DNA of 64,000 nucleotides, from positions 69,604,788-69,668,787 of the forward strand of contig CM120640.1 of NCBI GenBank assembly GCA_051362555.1, given 5' to 3'. The translations under genes and the position numbers were made by a program. The notes below the pieces were generated by a model that saw nothing but the letters and a program-made list of their open reading frames with translations, made no database searches and was not told where the DNA came from. Position 1 is the first letter of the stretch; each line of letters starts with the position of its first letter. This DNA is from Lingula anatina. Taxonomy: Eukaryota; Animalia; Brachiopoda. Below are positions 1-12,469 of this stretch, in pieces.

Positions 1-59
1 GAGGAGTTTGAAAGAATACTTGATATTTGATAACATATATTTTCCTCCTTGGCCTGCAG

Positions 60-209
60 ACAAGAACCCATGAGGTAGATCTCCCAGTTGGGTTCTTCTG
101 GTGGAGCAGTTACAAGTTCCGAGTGACCAAGACCTCTGACAGCCCCTGTGAACCCCATACCACAGTGACCTATGTGGAATATTACCTGAAATTTTCCAGA
201 AGCTGTTGA
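60..209 (+). CDS. Probable last coding exon of an unidentified gene entering from upstream of the window (TRTHEVDLPVGFFWWSSYKF...YVEYYLKFSRSC*)
   Basis: Pyrimidine-rich acceptor ttttcctccttggcctgcag ends at 59. The frame is open to TGA at 207-209. A donor gtaagt follows at 222 and an acceptor tttctag ends at 686, implying a 3'UTR intron. Product not recognised. Confidence 0.5.
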   Translation, partial: TRTHEVDLPVGFFWWSSYKFRVTKTSDSPCEPHTTVTYVEYYLKFSRSC

Positions 210-3200
210 AGTCCAAGTATGGTAAGTTTTTTTTCTTTTTGAGAGCATTTAAGATACAACTTTCATGATGTTTTTTTCACTGTCTCACAGTATTATGTGT
301 GTTTTGGTTTTCTTATAAGTCAAGATTCAAAAAAAAAGAAATGTAACATACTCAAAAGATTCCATCATTGCTTTAAAAACTACATACTTTTATTAAATAA
401 AATAGAAAAAGGTAGTTGTATACTGCATGAAAATTATTCTTCATTACAATGGATAGCTAAGGAACCACTCATGATTTATTTTAAAGAAAGGATGGCAAGT
501 GAAAGTAGTGAGCATAACCTCTGTAAAAATTGTTTTCACCTGTTGTTTACCCCGCAAACCACTATTTCACAACCAATGCACATATCTTCCAGTTTAGAAG
601 TTTGTTTTCATTTTTCACACAAAACTTACTTCATACAGACTCAGTTGGTATTATTTCATGAAATCTACTTTTCTCTCTGTTTCTAGGACCTTTGAGAATC
701 AAAATATGTTGGCATTTATGCTACAGTAGCACCATATACCTAGAGCACCTGTAGCAGGACTAACGTCGGCCCAGACCAGGAGGAGGCAATGGGAACCTCG
801 GAACATCAAACAGTTCTCTATGATAATACTGGTCATCATTATGCACTCTGCAACATTGCTGCCAAACAGTGTTCATCTGGCTTCTGTCCCCGTGTTGACT
901 TCAAGTCTTTATGTATATATATGTTAATAGAGATATCACAGAAATCATCAGGAGTTCTACCTGTTTGTCTAGGATAATAAAACACATGGGCACTTTGATT
1001 TGTTAAGTAAGGAATAACAGATTTTGTCTTGAAAAGATAATTGTATTTTCTTAAAGTATGTTACTCTCAAGATGTAAAATGATATTTGAAAGACAAAAAG
1101 GACTGTGAAGATTGTAAATAGTTCCCTTATGCAGGGTTTTAATATCTGGCAGACATAATTGTATCTTAATCCTAGTTTCTTGGTAGCTATGATAGAGATA
1201 ACAGATAACACGGTGTGTGATTATGCCATAACATATGACAGAAATTGTGGATAAAATGTATTGTTTTAACAATTGTATTGTGATGGGTAGCAGTGTCAAA
1301 GTGAAAGTTATCACCACTGGGAAGTGTAAGGATTGATTGAGAAGGGTTATTTTCTTAGAAGTTTTAACTCTAGTTAAAACTAGAGATCTGATCTGATCTG
1401 GTTATATTTTATTTGGCAAATGAAGGACAATTTGAAAGTAATTTTCATCTCTGCACCTTGTCTGTTCAAAGTAATTGTTGTTTCATTGTACAAGATAGGA
1501 TGTCCTAACATGGAGCTTGTGATCTAGAGAACCAGAAAAACTCAAAAATACGTATATATATATATATATAATTAGTCTGTTTTGTGTAATATTTGCTTCT
1601 AATTTTGAATATTATCTATCAAATCACAATTATGGTTTTTTATTTGTACATAAAATCCTCACAATTTTATAAAATGTTAAATGAAGTTAAGCTCTTTAAT
1701 GAAGAGTAAATTTACTGGATTATCATAATAACAATGTGTGCTAAAATATTTAAGAAGTATACTTTAGATGTTGCATTTAATATGCACAAATTTGGTGAGA
1801 GAGGTGCCACCACCAATAACTGTGTGATCAAAGATCACAAGCTGAAAAGGGCAGTGACCTCATAAAATATAGCAACATATAAATATGGTTGTGTTTCATT
1901 AAAGTACATGTATGACAATTTTGAGATATCAATGTTGATTGTGTCTCTGCTGCACCATCTATCAGAAAAAGCATTTGAGTCATTTACAACTTGCAATATT
2001 TAAAAAGATGAATAGTATATATCAGTAGGCATATGCAGGTCACATTTGCACCAAGTTCTATAACATTTTGTTGATGTTTTTTCTATGTAAATACAAAAGA
2101 GATTAATATCTTTTTATTTGATAAAGGTATCAAAATCTACTTATCTAATACAGGATACTTAAACAGCATTCAACGAATTGTACATATTTCTTGCTGTCAC
2201 AGTTTATTTTTGTAGCAGTAGTTTTATCATCTTTTATGTAAGTTTGAGCTTTTAAGTGAGATGCTTTGCAAGCATTTGAGATTCAGATTTACTTGTATAT
2301 ATACAGTTTAAATCCTGTATGTTATTAATATCCTAATAGTTCTAATATATATATAAAATATATATTCCCATACAATGTAGCACCAGGGTGCTTGGTCTTA
2401 GGGGACAACTAGTGTTGCTTGTCAGTTTAAGAACAAAAGGTGATGTTTGTTCAGGATGTAGAGCCATAATAACAACATATATTCTGATGTTCTTATTGGA
2501 ATATACATGTTTACAGAATTGTGTGGAGGGATGTGATCATTTATACAATTATATAAACACGTGTGATCCACATTTATTGTATTGGAGAATTCTGTAGATG
2601 AAGAATTGGAAATACTGGTCCTAAGAATGAGTTCTGGTAATAAAAGGTGGAAGAAATTGAACAGAAACATATCAATATGCAACTGATGCACCTGGTATAC
2701 AAAGAGACTTTAGTTCATTTCTAAACATATTTTGAGTGTTTAACCTATATGGCTAGAACAAGGGACCAACTTAATAATGCAGTAAGAATATGTCTAATCT
2801 CCTGTCTTATCATAGGTAGAAAAATGTTATGAAAAGATACCAGTTGTGAATAAATTTCTTTGATACTATCCAGTTTGAATACGTAGTTTTTATTGAAACT
2901 TCAATTATCAGGTAGGCAATTACAATGGTGAAATTGAGAGGGACTTGTACATCTCCCCTACCCCCCTAGCTGAAAGAAACTAGAAGTCCTTAATGCACTA
3001 ACAGCAAAAACCATGACAGCCATGTTCAAATGACTCCGCAAAAAGGAAAAAAAACTTGGAAGAACCTGTCACCCCATACAATCCATGTAGCAAGACAGTG
3101 GTTGTAACTTTTGCATTCTTTTTTAATATAATTTCCTATTTTTACATATTTCACCAAATTTTTTGTATAATTGCATAGCATGATTGGCAATATGATTGTA

Positions 3201-3467
3201 TTAAGCTGAGGGTTGCCAAATGTCACAATGTATCATTCAGGGCTCAAACTATTATTATTTTTATTATGATTAGTATTATTAGTAGTTAATTAGCAGCTGT
3301 TCTGTCTGTACCCTCTGAACTGAGAGTTTCACTGCAGCTGTTTTGTCAGCTTTAAGCAGTAATCATGCTGGGGATATAAGACTGGATGTCTATATATGGG
3401 TCTGTAACTATATCCAGGATTGTGAAAGACACCAGTGAGAGAGATGATACCTGATGCTTGATACCTG

Positions 3468-5623
3468 ATAATAATAATAATAATTTATTGAGCACTGAAA
3501 TGTTTTTACATTTAGAGGCTCTCTAGCTACTATACATTATACATATGGAAAGATAGTAAGGATAGTAGGTAAATGAAAGAGAAAAAAAATTATACTTATA
3601 TAATGTTACACAATATACATTCTCTTAATATCCAGGTGAGATGCATGAAATCATTTGTGCACTTCTAGTTAATTACGTTTTTTCATAATTTTACTTACAA
3701 AATTCCCTACTGCAATTGCACTCTGTTCAGTGGGTGGGTTTAGAATGATGTCAAGCTGTTTGACCTCGTCTGTTAGACCTTGCAAGTTTACCTCTGGTAT
3801 GCATTCAAACAGCAATTTCCTTTCAATTTTGTGATGGGCGCATTTTAGGAAAAAATGTATTTCATCTTCTATCTCATTACAATGGGGGCATTTTCGGTCT
3901 GAAAGTTGTGTTTTTGGGTTTGTATGCCGCCCTTTTTCAATTTCCAGGTCATGGTCACTAATTCGCATTTTTGCCAAAAGTTTTTTGTGGGTGCGTGAAA
4001 TATTCATTTTTAAGTATGGTTCGGGTTCATATTGATGTTTAATTTTCCTGTATGTCCTCAGCTTATTATTTTCCTCTCTGTGTAACTCTTCCAAAAAATC
4101 TGATTTTATTTTGAGGGTTATGTCACTTTCTAGATTTTGGTTATTGTGAATTTTATTGACAGTTAGGGTTGAATTTGAGTGATTTAATCCCCAAAAAGTA
4201 GCCAAGTTTGACATTGCCCAAAACCAGTTTTTTTCCCTTTTTGCTTGTTCTCTATTGTATGCTTGCTTGACAATTCTTTGCTCTGGAAGGTTATTCAGCC
4301 TTTGACTGTATCTTGATACTAATTTGACAATGTCCAAGTATAATGGGAGGCGCCCAAGTTCTGCACGGCAGGCATTATTGCTAGCTGACCTTCTCACACC
4401 AAGTGCCCATTTACACATCTTTAAATGTATTTGTTCAAAGGGCATTTTGTTTATTTTATTTAATGATATTTTTTTCTCTATATTTTTGTTATTAGTCCCA
4501 CTAAATATATTGAACCACTTTTCAACATTTCATTTCTGATAGAGTCCTCACCAGCCGCTTTTCCATTTTTCAATTTTTTTATAGCTGTTTTTACCTCTCT
4601 AATGCTTATGGGGTTATTAAGGACAGGGTCTCCTTCTTTTTTCTCATATTCACTTATTTCCTTATCTATTCGGTGATCATCAGTAGGTGGGGTTCCACAA
4701 AGTTGTTGGAAGTGTAGTTGCCAAGTCTCAGGACTAATTATGTTGTTATTTTCTTCTCTATCCTTTAGTTTTTTTAGTGTCTGCCAGAACTCTTTAGGAT
4801 TGTTTTTTTCAGATACTAGTAGTCTGTCTAGGATGGCATTTTTGTACTCATTCTTTCTTTGCTTTACTAGTTGTTTATATTTCTTTGTAGCTAGGTGGTA
4901 GGTTTGCGAGATGTAGTTATTGTGTGGATTTTTTTGTAGTAGTTTACCAAGGTGTTTTATATTTCTTCTGACTTCAGAACACATGCTGTCAAACCATGGT
5001 TGTTTTTTTATTCTTTTTGTTTGTTTATTTGATCTCATGCTTATGTTATTGACTTTTTTACGCAAAGACAAGTTTGCAGCATTTTCAATTATATTTGTTA
5101 ATTCATCACAGGCACTTTTTAATCCTTCTTTAGATGAGGGGAAGTATTTGTTTTGTGCTAGACTGATTTGTTTTAAGCTGTCCTCACTTTCAAGAGCTTT
5201 AAAAAATTTCTCAGTTGAATCTGTTTCCCAGATGTAACGATCTTTGAAATTTTGTAATGATTGGGTTGGAGATGATTCTTTCATACCGGTGGTGTGGATT
5301 GCAAGGTCTAACAGACAGTGATCTGATAAATAGTCAATAGGTAATACTGTAAGATACATAATTTTGCTAATCAGTCCATCGTTTGTGATTGCATAATCAA
5401 CTGTACTGCACCCATGTATATTATAACAAGTTGGATATCTGAGAGAGTTGCCTTTAGTTCTACCATTGAGTATCCTTAAGTTACTACTTCTACATAATTC
5501 AAGTAAGGCCTTTCCTTGCGAGTTAACTAATTGTGACTTTAAAAATTGAAATTGCTCTTTGGTTTGGTTTGGTTGAACATTTTCCATTAAAAAATTAGAC
5601 GGTATATCAAACAAGCAAAACAA
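3468..5623 (-). mobile_element. RTEX/CR1-group non-LTR retrotransposon, 5'-truncated, with the RT core internally deleted
   Basis: ORF 4478-5623 has the APE endonuclease C-terminus (LRILNGR..STVDYAI..LSDHCLL) and the pre-RT motif (EVKTAIKKLKNGKAAGED). ORF 3669-4445 has the post-RT C-terminus (CKWALGV..ELGRLPL..RISDHDLEIEKGR..CPHC..EDEIHFFLKC). AATAAA plus an (ATT)n tail lie at about 3468-3489. Confidence 0.9.
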
Positions 5624-6423
5624 GTTTCAAGCAGATATTCCCATGGCTTATTTCTCAATAGAAAGTAAATCACAACTACTAGTAGATGTGGACACAAGTA
5701 AACATATCATGATATTTCAACATATCGCAATTTAATGAAATAAAATTGAAGAAGCACTAAAATGCAAAAAAATAAAAATGAAAAAAAAAAAAATCGTGTG
5801 CTCACAGATACCTAATCCCCAACTAGCTGGTCACTCTGATGAGATTCAATCCTAAAAAAAAAAACCCAAAGCACCATTTTCAGACCCTCTTCTCTGCCTA
5901 GCAAAAGACATATTTTCTGTTCGTGTAAGATTTCGCATAGAAATTAATATAGTAATTTCATTTTATGAAAATTGTTTATGTGAAGGAAGCTTTGAAATCA
6001 ATTGTAAAGAAATTTCTAATTGATCTCTTGAAGTAAATAATAATAATAAATTATAGAAATAAATTTAAATTTAAATCCATTTAAATCATAGTTCAGCAGA
6101 CTTTTAAGTTAAAACATAAAGACAAGAACTATATCGCAATTGCCAAAATATTCAAAATAATTTGGAAAGATTAGGGTTGTACTATTTTTTAAAAATCCTA
6201 AATTTCACATAAAAACTAATTGCAATTTCAGAAAATAGTAAAATTCCCCCAAACATGTTTTAACTCATTTTTAAAAAGTAAATCACACCTACCAGTCATG
6301 ATTTAGGTTTTTATTTGTAATTAATATAGACGCTCGAAAACAATTTTAACAGAAAGCGGAAAGTTGTACGCAGATTGACAAAAAGATGTGTTAGATGAGA
6401 CGAGATGAGACAGGTGCTACCTG

Positions 6424-6449
6424 TGACGTCATAATATGGCCACTTCCTG
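6424..6449 (+). promoter_or_regulatory. Housekeeping-type promoter motifs of SPT2: CRE, YY1-like and ETS
   Basis: TGACGTCA (6424-6431), AATATGGCC (6433-6441) and ACTTCCTG (6442-6449) are clustered about 100 bp upstream of the ATG at 6543. Confidence 0.5.
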
Positions 6450-6542
6450 CCTGCTTCAATGAGTGCTGACTGCACTTACGTTAAAAAATCCTGAGCACAC
6501 ACTTCCATAAGTAGTATTTTTCAAAAGTTTTACCTGCTAAAG

Positions 6543-9500
6543 ATGGACTTTAGTTCCATTTTATCTGTAGCCGAAAATAATCAACATGAGGCCACCAGAA
6601 AGGTTAGTATTGTCATCTATCATGTGTGTCTGTTAGTGTTCATTACGATACGTAGCACGGAGTATCTGGAATGCCCTGTCTCAAACAGGCAACGTGAAAA
6701 TATGTTGTAGATTTTAGATTCTGTGTCTCGTATTTTGACTTAAATATAAGGTAATGCCAGTCAATAAGGGAAGTTGGGGGGGGTTATGAACCACACTCTT
6801 ACTATTTATTTTTTAAAATTTTTTATTTTCAATTTTTAAATACCAACTGTGTACAAGTTACAACTGTTCATTATAGCCTGCCTCCAAACTTTTGACCACC
6901 AAATTCTCTGCACCTAAGAAGCTAGAAAGGAGTAAAGTAGACCCTAAGGCAGTAAAGGCTCTGCTGCAGAAGAGGAAAGAAGAGGAAGAGAGACAAGGTA
7001 TCAGGCAAATTAAGTGCTGCTTATAGATGTAGCTGTGTTATTGTTATCCAGTTACACTTTTGTTTCAGCATTATATACTGGTAGACCTTATATACTATTA
7101 TAGACCATGACATTCACAACAGATGGTCCTCGAAATAACAAGTCCACAAATCAAATATTAATTGCCAACCCCATTTGAAAGCAGTGCCGCACAATCCTCT
7201 AATGGTTTCCTACCACACACTACCACACACTCCATCCCTGCTGGGGCAGAGCAATTAGAGCTGAATTAATGTGGCCCCAAAATTTAACTGCTAGGCCCCT
7301 GCAGGGATGTGGCACATGTGGCTGGTGGGGAGACCATTAGGGGATAATGCTGCATTTCTTCAAGTGGGATCAGCCATATTTGATCCATGGACTAGTTAGT
7401 CCAAGGAATCATCTGTTGTGAATGCCACTTCAGACAATTTTCTCTATCTGAAGCCAGTGGCGTGTATCTTTGCCGAACATTATGAGAAAATTTGTGTTTT
7501 GCTTAATCGCTATGGGGAAATAATAATATTATCAATTTTTAGTACCCTAAAAGATATAAACAGTGATAACATAAATAGACTGGTACTTTATTTGTCAATA
7601 CACTGTGACTGTGCATGAGAAAGTACCATGCATATAATTTGTATTTTTCCCCTTCTTTTTATAAATGATTTAGAGCATTATATGTTTTGTGGCTGCAGCA
7701 TGCAGTTAAACATTGAATGATGTCAGTCAACAGCATAATAATATTGTCTTCTATTTTTAGTACAGAAGTTGTTTTCTTTTCTGTTCAGCTCTAGAGGCCA
7801 AGAAGAAGAAAGAAGAGCTACTTAAAGCACGTGCTGATGCTCGTCATAACAAAAAGGCCAATGCCATGGCACGAACCACCAAAGATGTCCCCAAAACATT
7901 TAACAAAGAACAACTGGAAGAGCACAGAAAAATGTTACAGGAAAAGGCCAAGGCAATGCTAAGTAAACCTACTACAGCAAACAGTAGACAACCCAAAAGT
8001 GCAAAAGAAGAAAAGGGAGAGGCTGAGGAGGCAGATAAAAATAAATCCACAAAGCATAGAGACGACAAAAGTCATGAAAATGAAAAGCATGTGCATGGTA
8101 GCCATAAGCATAAAGACATCAAACGAGATAGGCATGATAAACACAGAGACAATCATAGACAAACTCATAGTAATGCCAAATCTAATGAATCAATAAAGAA
8201 TGAAAAAGAAGTCTCAAATGCAACTAAAATCAAATCCTCAGAGGTTAAGGTAAAACCCAAACGTCCACCAGGTCCCCCACCAATGAACTTCCAAGATTTA
8301 CTTAAACTGGCTTCTGTTAAACAACATGAGCCAGTCAAGACTGCCGTGCCAAAAGAAAAGTCAAAAAAGGAGGCCGAGGCCAGACCAATGACTCAGGAAG
8401 AGAAGGATAGGTTAGCAAGAACTTCAACAAAAGAATATCAAGATTGGATTAAGTATGGAAAACCCTTACCGCCACAACAACCTCCCCCATCATCAGCAGC
8501 AGACAAAAAAAGCAAAGGCAAAGATAAAAAGATGACCCAGAAAAAAGATTCTGCATTACCAGATGCTTCTGCACAACAGAAACAGGCTGAGGCACAGCCA
8601 GCTAAGGTAAAGTCACAGTCTTCACAGCCTTCAAAGCCATCTTTGCCTACCAACTCGAAATCCACAAGCAAAGAAAAGACAAAACCTCCAGGAACCCCTA
8701 TGCAGAAAAAGAGATATTTACCTGGGGATGCAAGATATGTGCCTGGAATGGAAGAAGATTCAGAGGAACCTCAACAATCAGCAAAGACGTACCTGCCAGG
8801 GGATGTCAGGTTCAAACCAGGCATGACTCCGCAGAAAACTGTAGGTCAGCCATCTTCTTCTAAACCATCCACTCCATCTGCACCACCCAAAATGAAACGT
8901 CTGAAGATGCCAGCCTATGATCAGACCAATGATATTGTATTGGAGTGTGGTCCCAGTAAAGGGACGATAGTTGAGGAGGAGGAGGAAGAAGAGGAAGAAA
9001 AACCCATGTCAGCTTGGGATAGAATTTACAATGAATACCACAGAAGACCAGGTGAGAATGCTAATGAACATTTTTTTTTTCAACTCAGACCTTGATGGTT
9101 TAATATGTGTACAATATAATTCATTCCTATTTGTACCACCAGCGTAGGCGCTGGCGGTACTCATGGTTTTAGTCCCGACCCGTATGTTCCGCCGGCTCCT
9201 GCGGCTCCGCCGGCTCCTGCGGCTCCGCCGGCTCCTGCAGCTCCGCCGGCTCCTGCGGCTCCGCCGCCAAGTCACCGTTACCGCTTCTCCTCCTAGACGG
9301 TAAGGGCCTCCATACCCATCTCTTGGATTTAGGTCACCTATAATCTCAACTCGTTCCACGTAAAATTTGGGCTTTGTCGGTATTGGGGTCTAGGTGTGGC
9401 ACTCATTGCAATGCACCCTTGTCCAAAAATGGCAAAATTAAATGCTAATTATCTCCCCTACGGAAGGAATTATGGGAAAAATTTCTACAGACAGCTTTCC

Positions 9501-12469
9501 AAAAGTCATATGTGTAGATTTCAAATATGCCCTTGGATTTGACCTTTGACCTTTATTTCAAGGTCAAACGGGCCAAAATTTTCAAAAAAACAAAATTTTT
9601 GCCGAAAAAAAATTTTTTTGCGCTCTTATTCAGACACCACACAGACTTAACTAATAATATTAATGGAAAGTGTTACCCTTCGGGTCATCTTTCATCTCCG
9701 TGAATTTGGGGTCAATCGGTGCATTTTCACGGGAGTAGCGGCCATAAGATATCAAAACTGAAAATTGTCTCTAATTCGGGAACCGTTAATGCTAGACACC
9801 CATTCTTTTTTGCATTTTGTAGAGCATGTAAAGCCCAACACTGGAGGTGGTCTCCGTTTTTTTGTATTCCATACGGTTTTCGAGTTACGCTTTATCAAAA
9901 AGTCATATACTGGTGGTGAAAGCAAAATGTGCGGGCTTGGCAAAGCAGACAACTTGTGGTCAAAAATGACATTATTTCATCAAATTTGAACATCTGGAAC
10001 TTCAAAGCACCTCCCATTTCAAGAATTTTGACCAAAATGACCTTTTCTTTATCTTAATTAATTTTTTTCTGTAGGAAATTTATGGCACACTATGGTAACT
10101 CCAAAATTATACCATTTAGTCCCTTATATCTCCAAAACTGGCAGAGATAGGTCCATAGTTACTATTGAAGTTGAAAAGGAAGTCATATACTGGCAATCTA
10201 AATGTGACCTTAAAATTGACCTTTGGCCTACTTTTCACCATGAACTGAACTTTGTAAATTTTGCGTCCCTTTTATCTCCAAAACTGGCAGAGATAGGTCC
10301 ATAGTTACTATTGAAGTTGAATAGGAAGTCATATACTGGCAATCTGAATGTGACCTTGAAATTGACCTTTGACCTACTTTTCACCATGAACTGAACTTTG
10401 CAAATTTTGTTTCCCTTTTATCTCCAAAACTGGCAGAGATAGGTCCATAGTTACTATTGAACTTGAATAGGAAGTCATATACTGGCAATCCAAATGTGAC
10501 CTTGAAATTGACCTTTGACCTACTTTTCACCATGAACTGAACTTTGCAAATTTTGCTGCCCTTTTATCTCCAAATCTGGCAGAGATAGGTCCATAGTTAC
10601 TATTGAATTTATAGGAAGTCATACACTGGCAATCTAAATGTGACCTTGAAATTGACCTTTGACCTACTTTTCACCATGAACTGATCTTTGCAAATTTTGC
10701 TTCCCTTTTATCTCCAAAACTGGCAGAGATAGGTCCATAGGTACTATTGAACTTTAATAGGAAGTCATATACTGGCAATCTTAACGTGACCTTGAAATTG
10801 TCCTTTGACCTACTTTTCACCATGAACTGAACTTTGCAAATTTTGCTTCCCTTTTATCTCCCAAACTGGCAGAGATAGGTCCAAAGTTACTATTGAAGTT
10901 GAATAGGAAGTCATATACTAGCAATCTAAATGTGAGCTTAAAATTGACCTTTGACCTACTTTTCACCATGAACTGAACTCTGCTAATTTCTTTCTCTTTT
11001 AACTCCTAACCTGGCAGAGATAGGTCCATTGTTACTATTGAACTTGAATAGGAAGTCATATACTGGCAATCTTACTGTGAAATTGACCTTTGACCTACCT
11101 TTTGATGAACTTAACTTTGATTGTACCATTTTAAGTTATATATATTTTTTTTGCATATTTTGAAAATTCTTGTTGATTGCATTTTTACAGCTTGTCAAGC
11201 AAAAGACTGGTGGCTGTGTCCCTTATTTTGTGTATGTGGGGGTCTATACAAATGCGCTTGCTCCAGCTGGTGGTACAATATTCGGAGGCGGCATCGCCTC
11301 TCTGATCCTCTAGTTAACTATATTTTGACTGTTGAAATACAGAATAGATTGAGAGGATATTGAGAGGAGTCATTCTACATGGCTGATAAAAACCTTTAGC
11401 TAATTATACAATTTTTCACAAGAAGGGAATATCAACACCAGGCACTTTTATTAGAGAGGGTTTATCGGAAACATAAGTAGCTTTACAGGATATATTTAGA
11501 CATAAAATTATTACTTTTGGACATTTATTGTAACATTTACTGTAAACCTTTAAAAACAAAATCACACATTTATGGATGTTTCTTTAAACATTAGCCAAGA
11601 GGCCTAGAGTTGAGGAGGAGCATTACTATTCTGAAGAGTCAGACGATGAATATGATATGGACGACGACTTCATTGATGATGGCCCGATGGAACAGAACAG
11701 TGTATCCAAGTACATCAAGGAGATCTTTGGCTATGATAAGAGAAAGTAAGTGATAAGTGTAAACTGGCCTGTCTTATTGGTAAAACTGTTAAAACTGTTA
11801 AAACTCTGTATGATGTTACATACTTGTTTTTACCTTAAATGTTTCTCAGTAAGTCAGTTCCAGATGACTGTTTGATGAAATGGACTGTTTGTCTCTTGTA
11901 GGTATCGTGATGAGGATGATGACGTCTCAAACATGGAGGCTAATTTCCATGATATCATGAAAGAAGAATCTCGCAGGTAAAATGTTTGCTATTTATTTCA
12001 CTATGAATGTGTTCAGTGCATATTTTTGATATTATTTTTGTGGTGTCTGGTCCATTATTATTATTATTATTATTATTAGTATTATACAATGTATAGAAAA
12101 AGATATTTTATAAAAGCAAGTACCTGCATGTTGATCATTTTACTGTTATTTGTAAATCAACACACATTTCAGTTTAAAATTGTTAACATTTTCTGCTGTT
12201 TGAGTAATCTTTTCCACTTCATCAAATGGAATAGTATAGAGAGCTAATTTCAAGTTTATTGCAGTCTTGTACTTCATTACCTCTTAAGCAATTTTGTTCT
12301 AAAATGTAACTTTTTATGCTTAAAAATGTTTTGTTTCAATATTGCTAGTCTCCGCCTGGGGATGAAGGAAGACTTGGAAGACATGAAAGATGAAGAAGCA
12401 AGAAAGAAAAGAAGAAAACAAAAACAGTTAGAAAAATTAAAAGCAGAGAGGATAAAGAAAAGATATTAA
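6543..12469 (+). CDS. SPTY2D1: Protein SPT2 homolog (histone chaperone); 6 exons: 6543-6602, 6877-6997, 7789-9051, 11595-11745, 11902-11976, 12349-12469
   Basis: The N-terminus MDFSSILSVA and ALEAKKKKEELLKARADARHNKKANAMARTTKD match the SPT2 N-terminus. A PPPMNFQDLLKLA motif is present. The C-terminal SPT2 domain reads DDFIDDG..SKYIKEIFGYDKRKYRDEDDD..MEANFHDIMKEESRSLRLGMKEDLED. All introns are GT-AG and phase-compatible. Confidence 0.95.
9189..9267 (+). repeat. 18-bp GC-rich minisatellite (ccgccggctcctgcggct), about 4 copies
   Basis: Directly visible tandem units near the 5' end of the HINE element. Confidence 0.9.
10120..11120 (+). repeat. Tandem satellite array of about 146 bp, about 7 copies, inside the HINE element
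   Basis: The unit anchor tccaaaactggcagagataggtcc recurs at 10131, 10277, 10423, 10569, 10713, 10859 and about 11004. Units contain tgaccttgaaattgacctttgacc. Confidence 0.95.

Larger units (their letters stand above)
9131..11315 (+). mobile_element. Non-autonomous Helentron/Helitron2-type element (HINE/DINE-like) in SPT2 intron 3
   Basis: 5' subTIR ttgtaccaccagc (9131-9143) with an adjacent inverted copy gctggcggtac (9150-9160), a GC-rich minisatellite, a central tandem array, 3' subTIR gctggtggtacaa (11266-11278), hairpin GAGGCG-gcat-CGCCTC (11285-11300) and a terminal ctagtt. Confidence 0.85.

Noticed and set aside
9009-9359. Protamine- or SR-like ORF (RRSRRS repeats) on the minus strand
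   Set aside because: It is the translation of the 18-bp minisatellite inside the HINE element and overlaps an SPT2 exon antisense. There is no independent gene signal.
10120-11120. CRISPR-like regular array
   Set aside because: The whole 146-bp unit repeats with no unique spacers, there are no cas genes, and the context is a eukaryotic intron.
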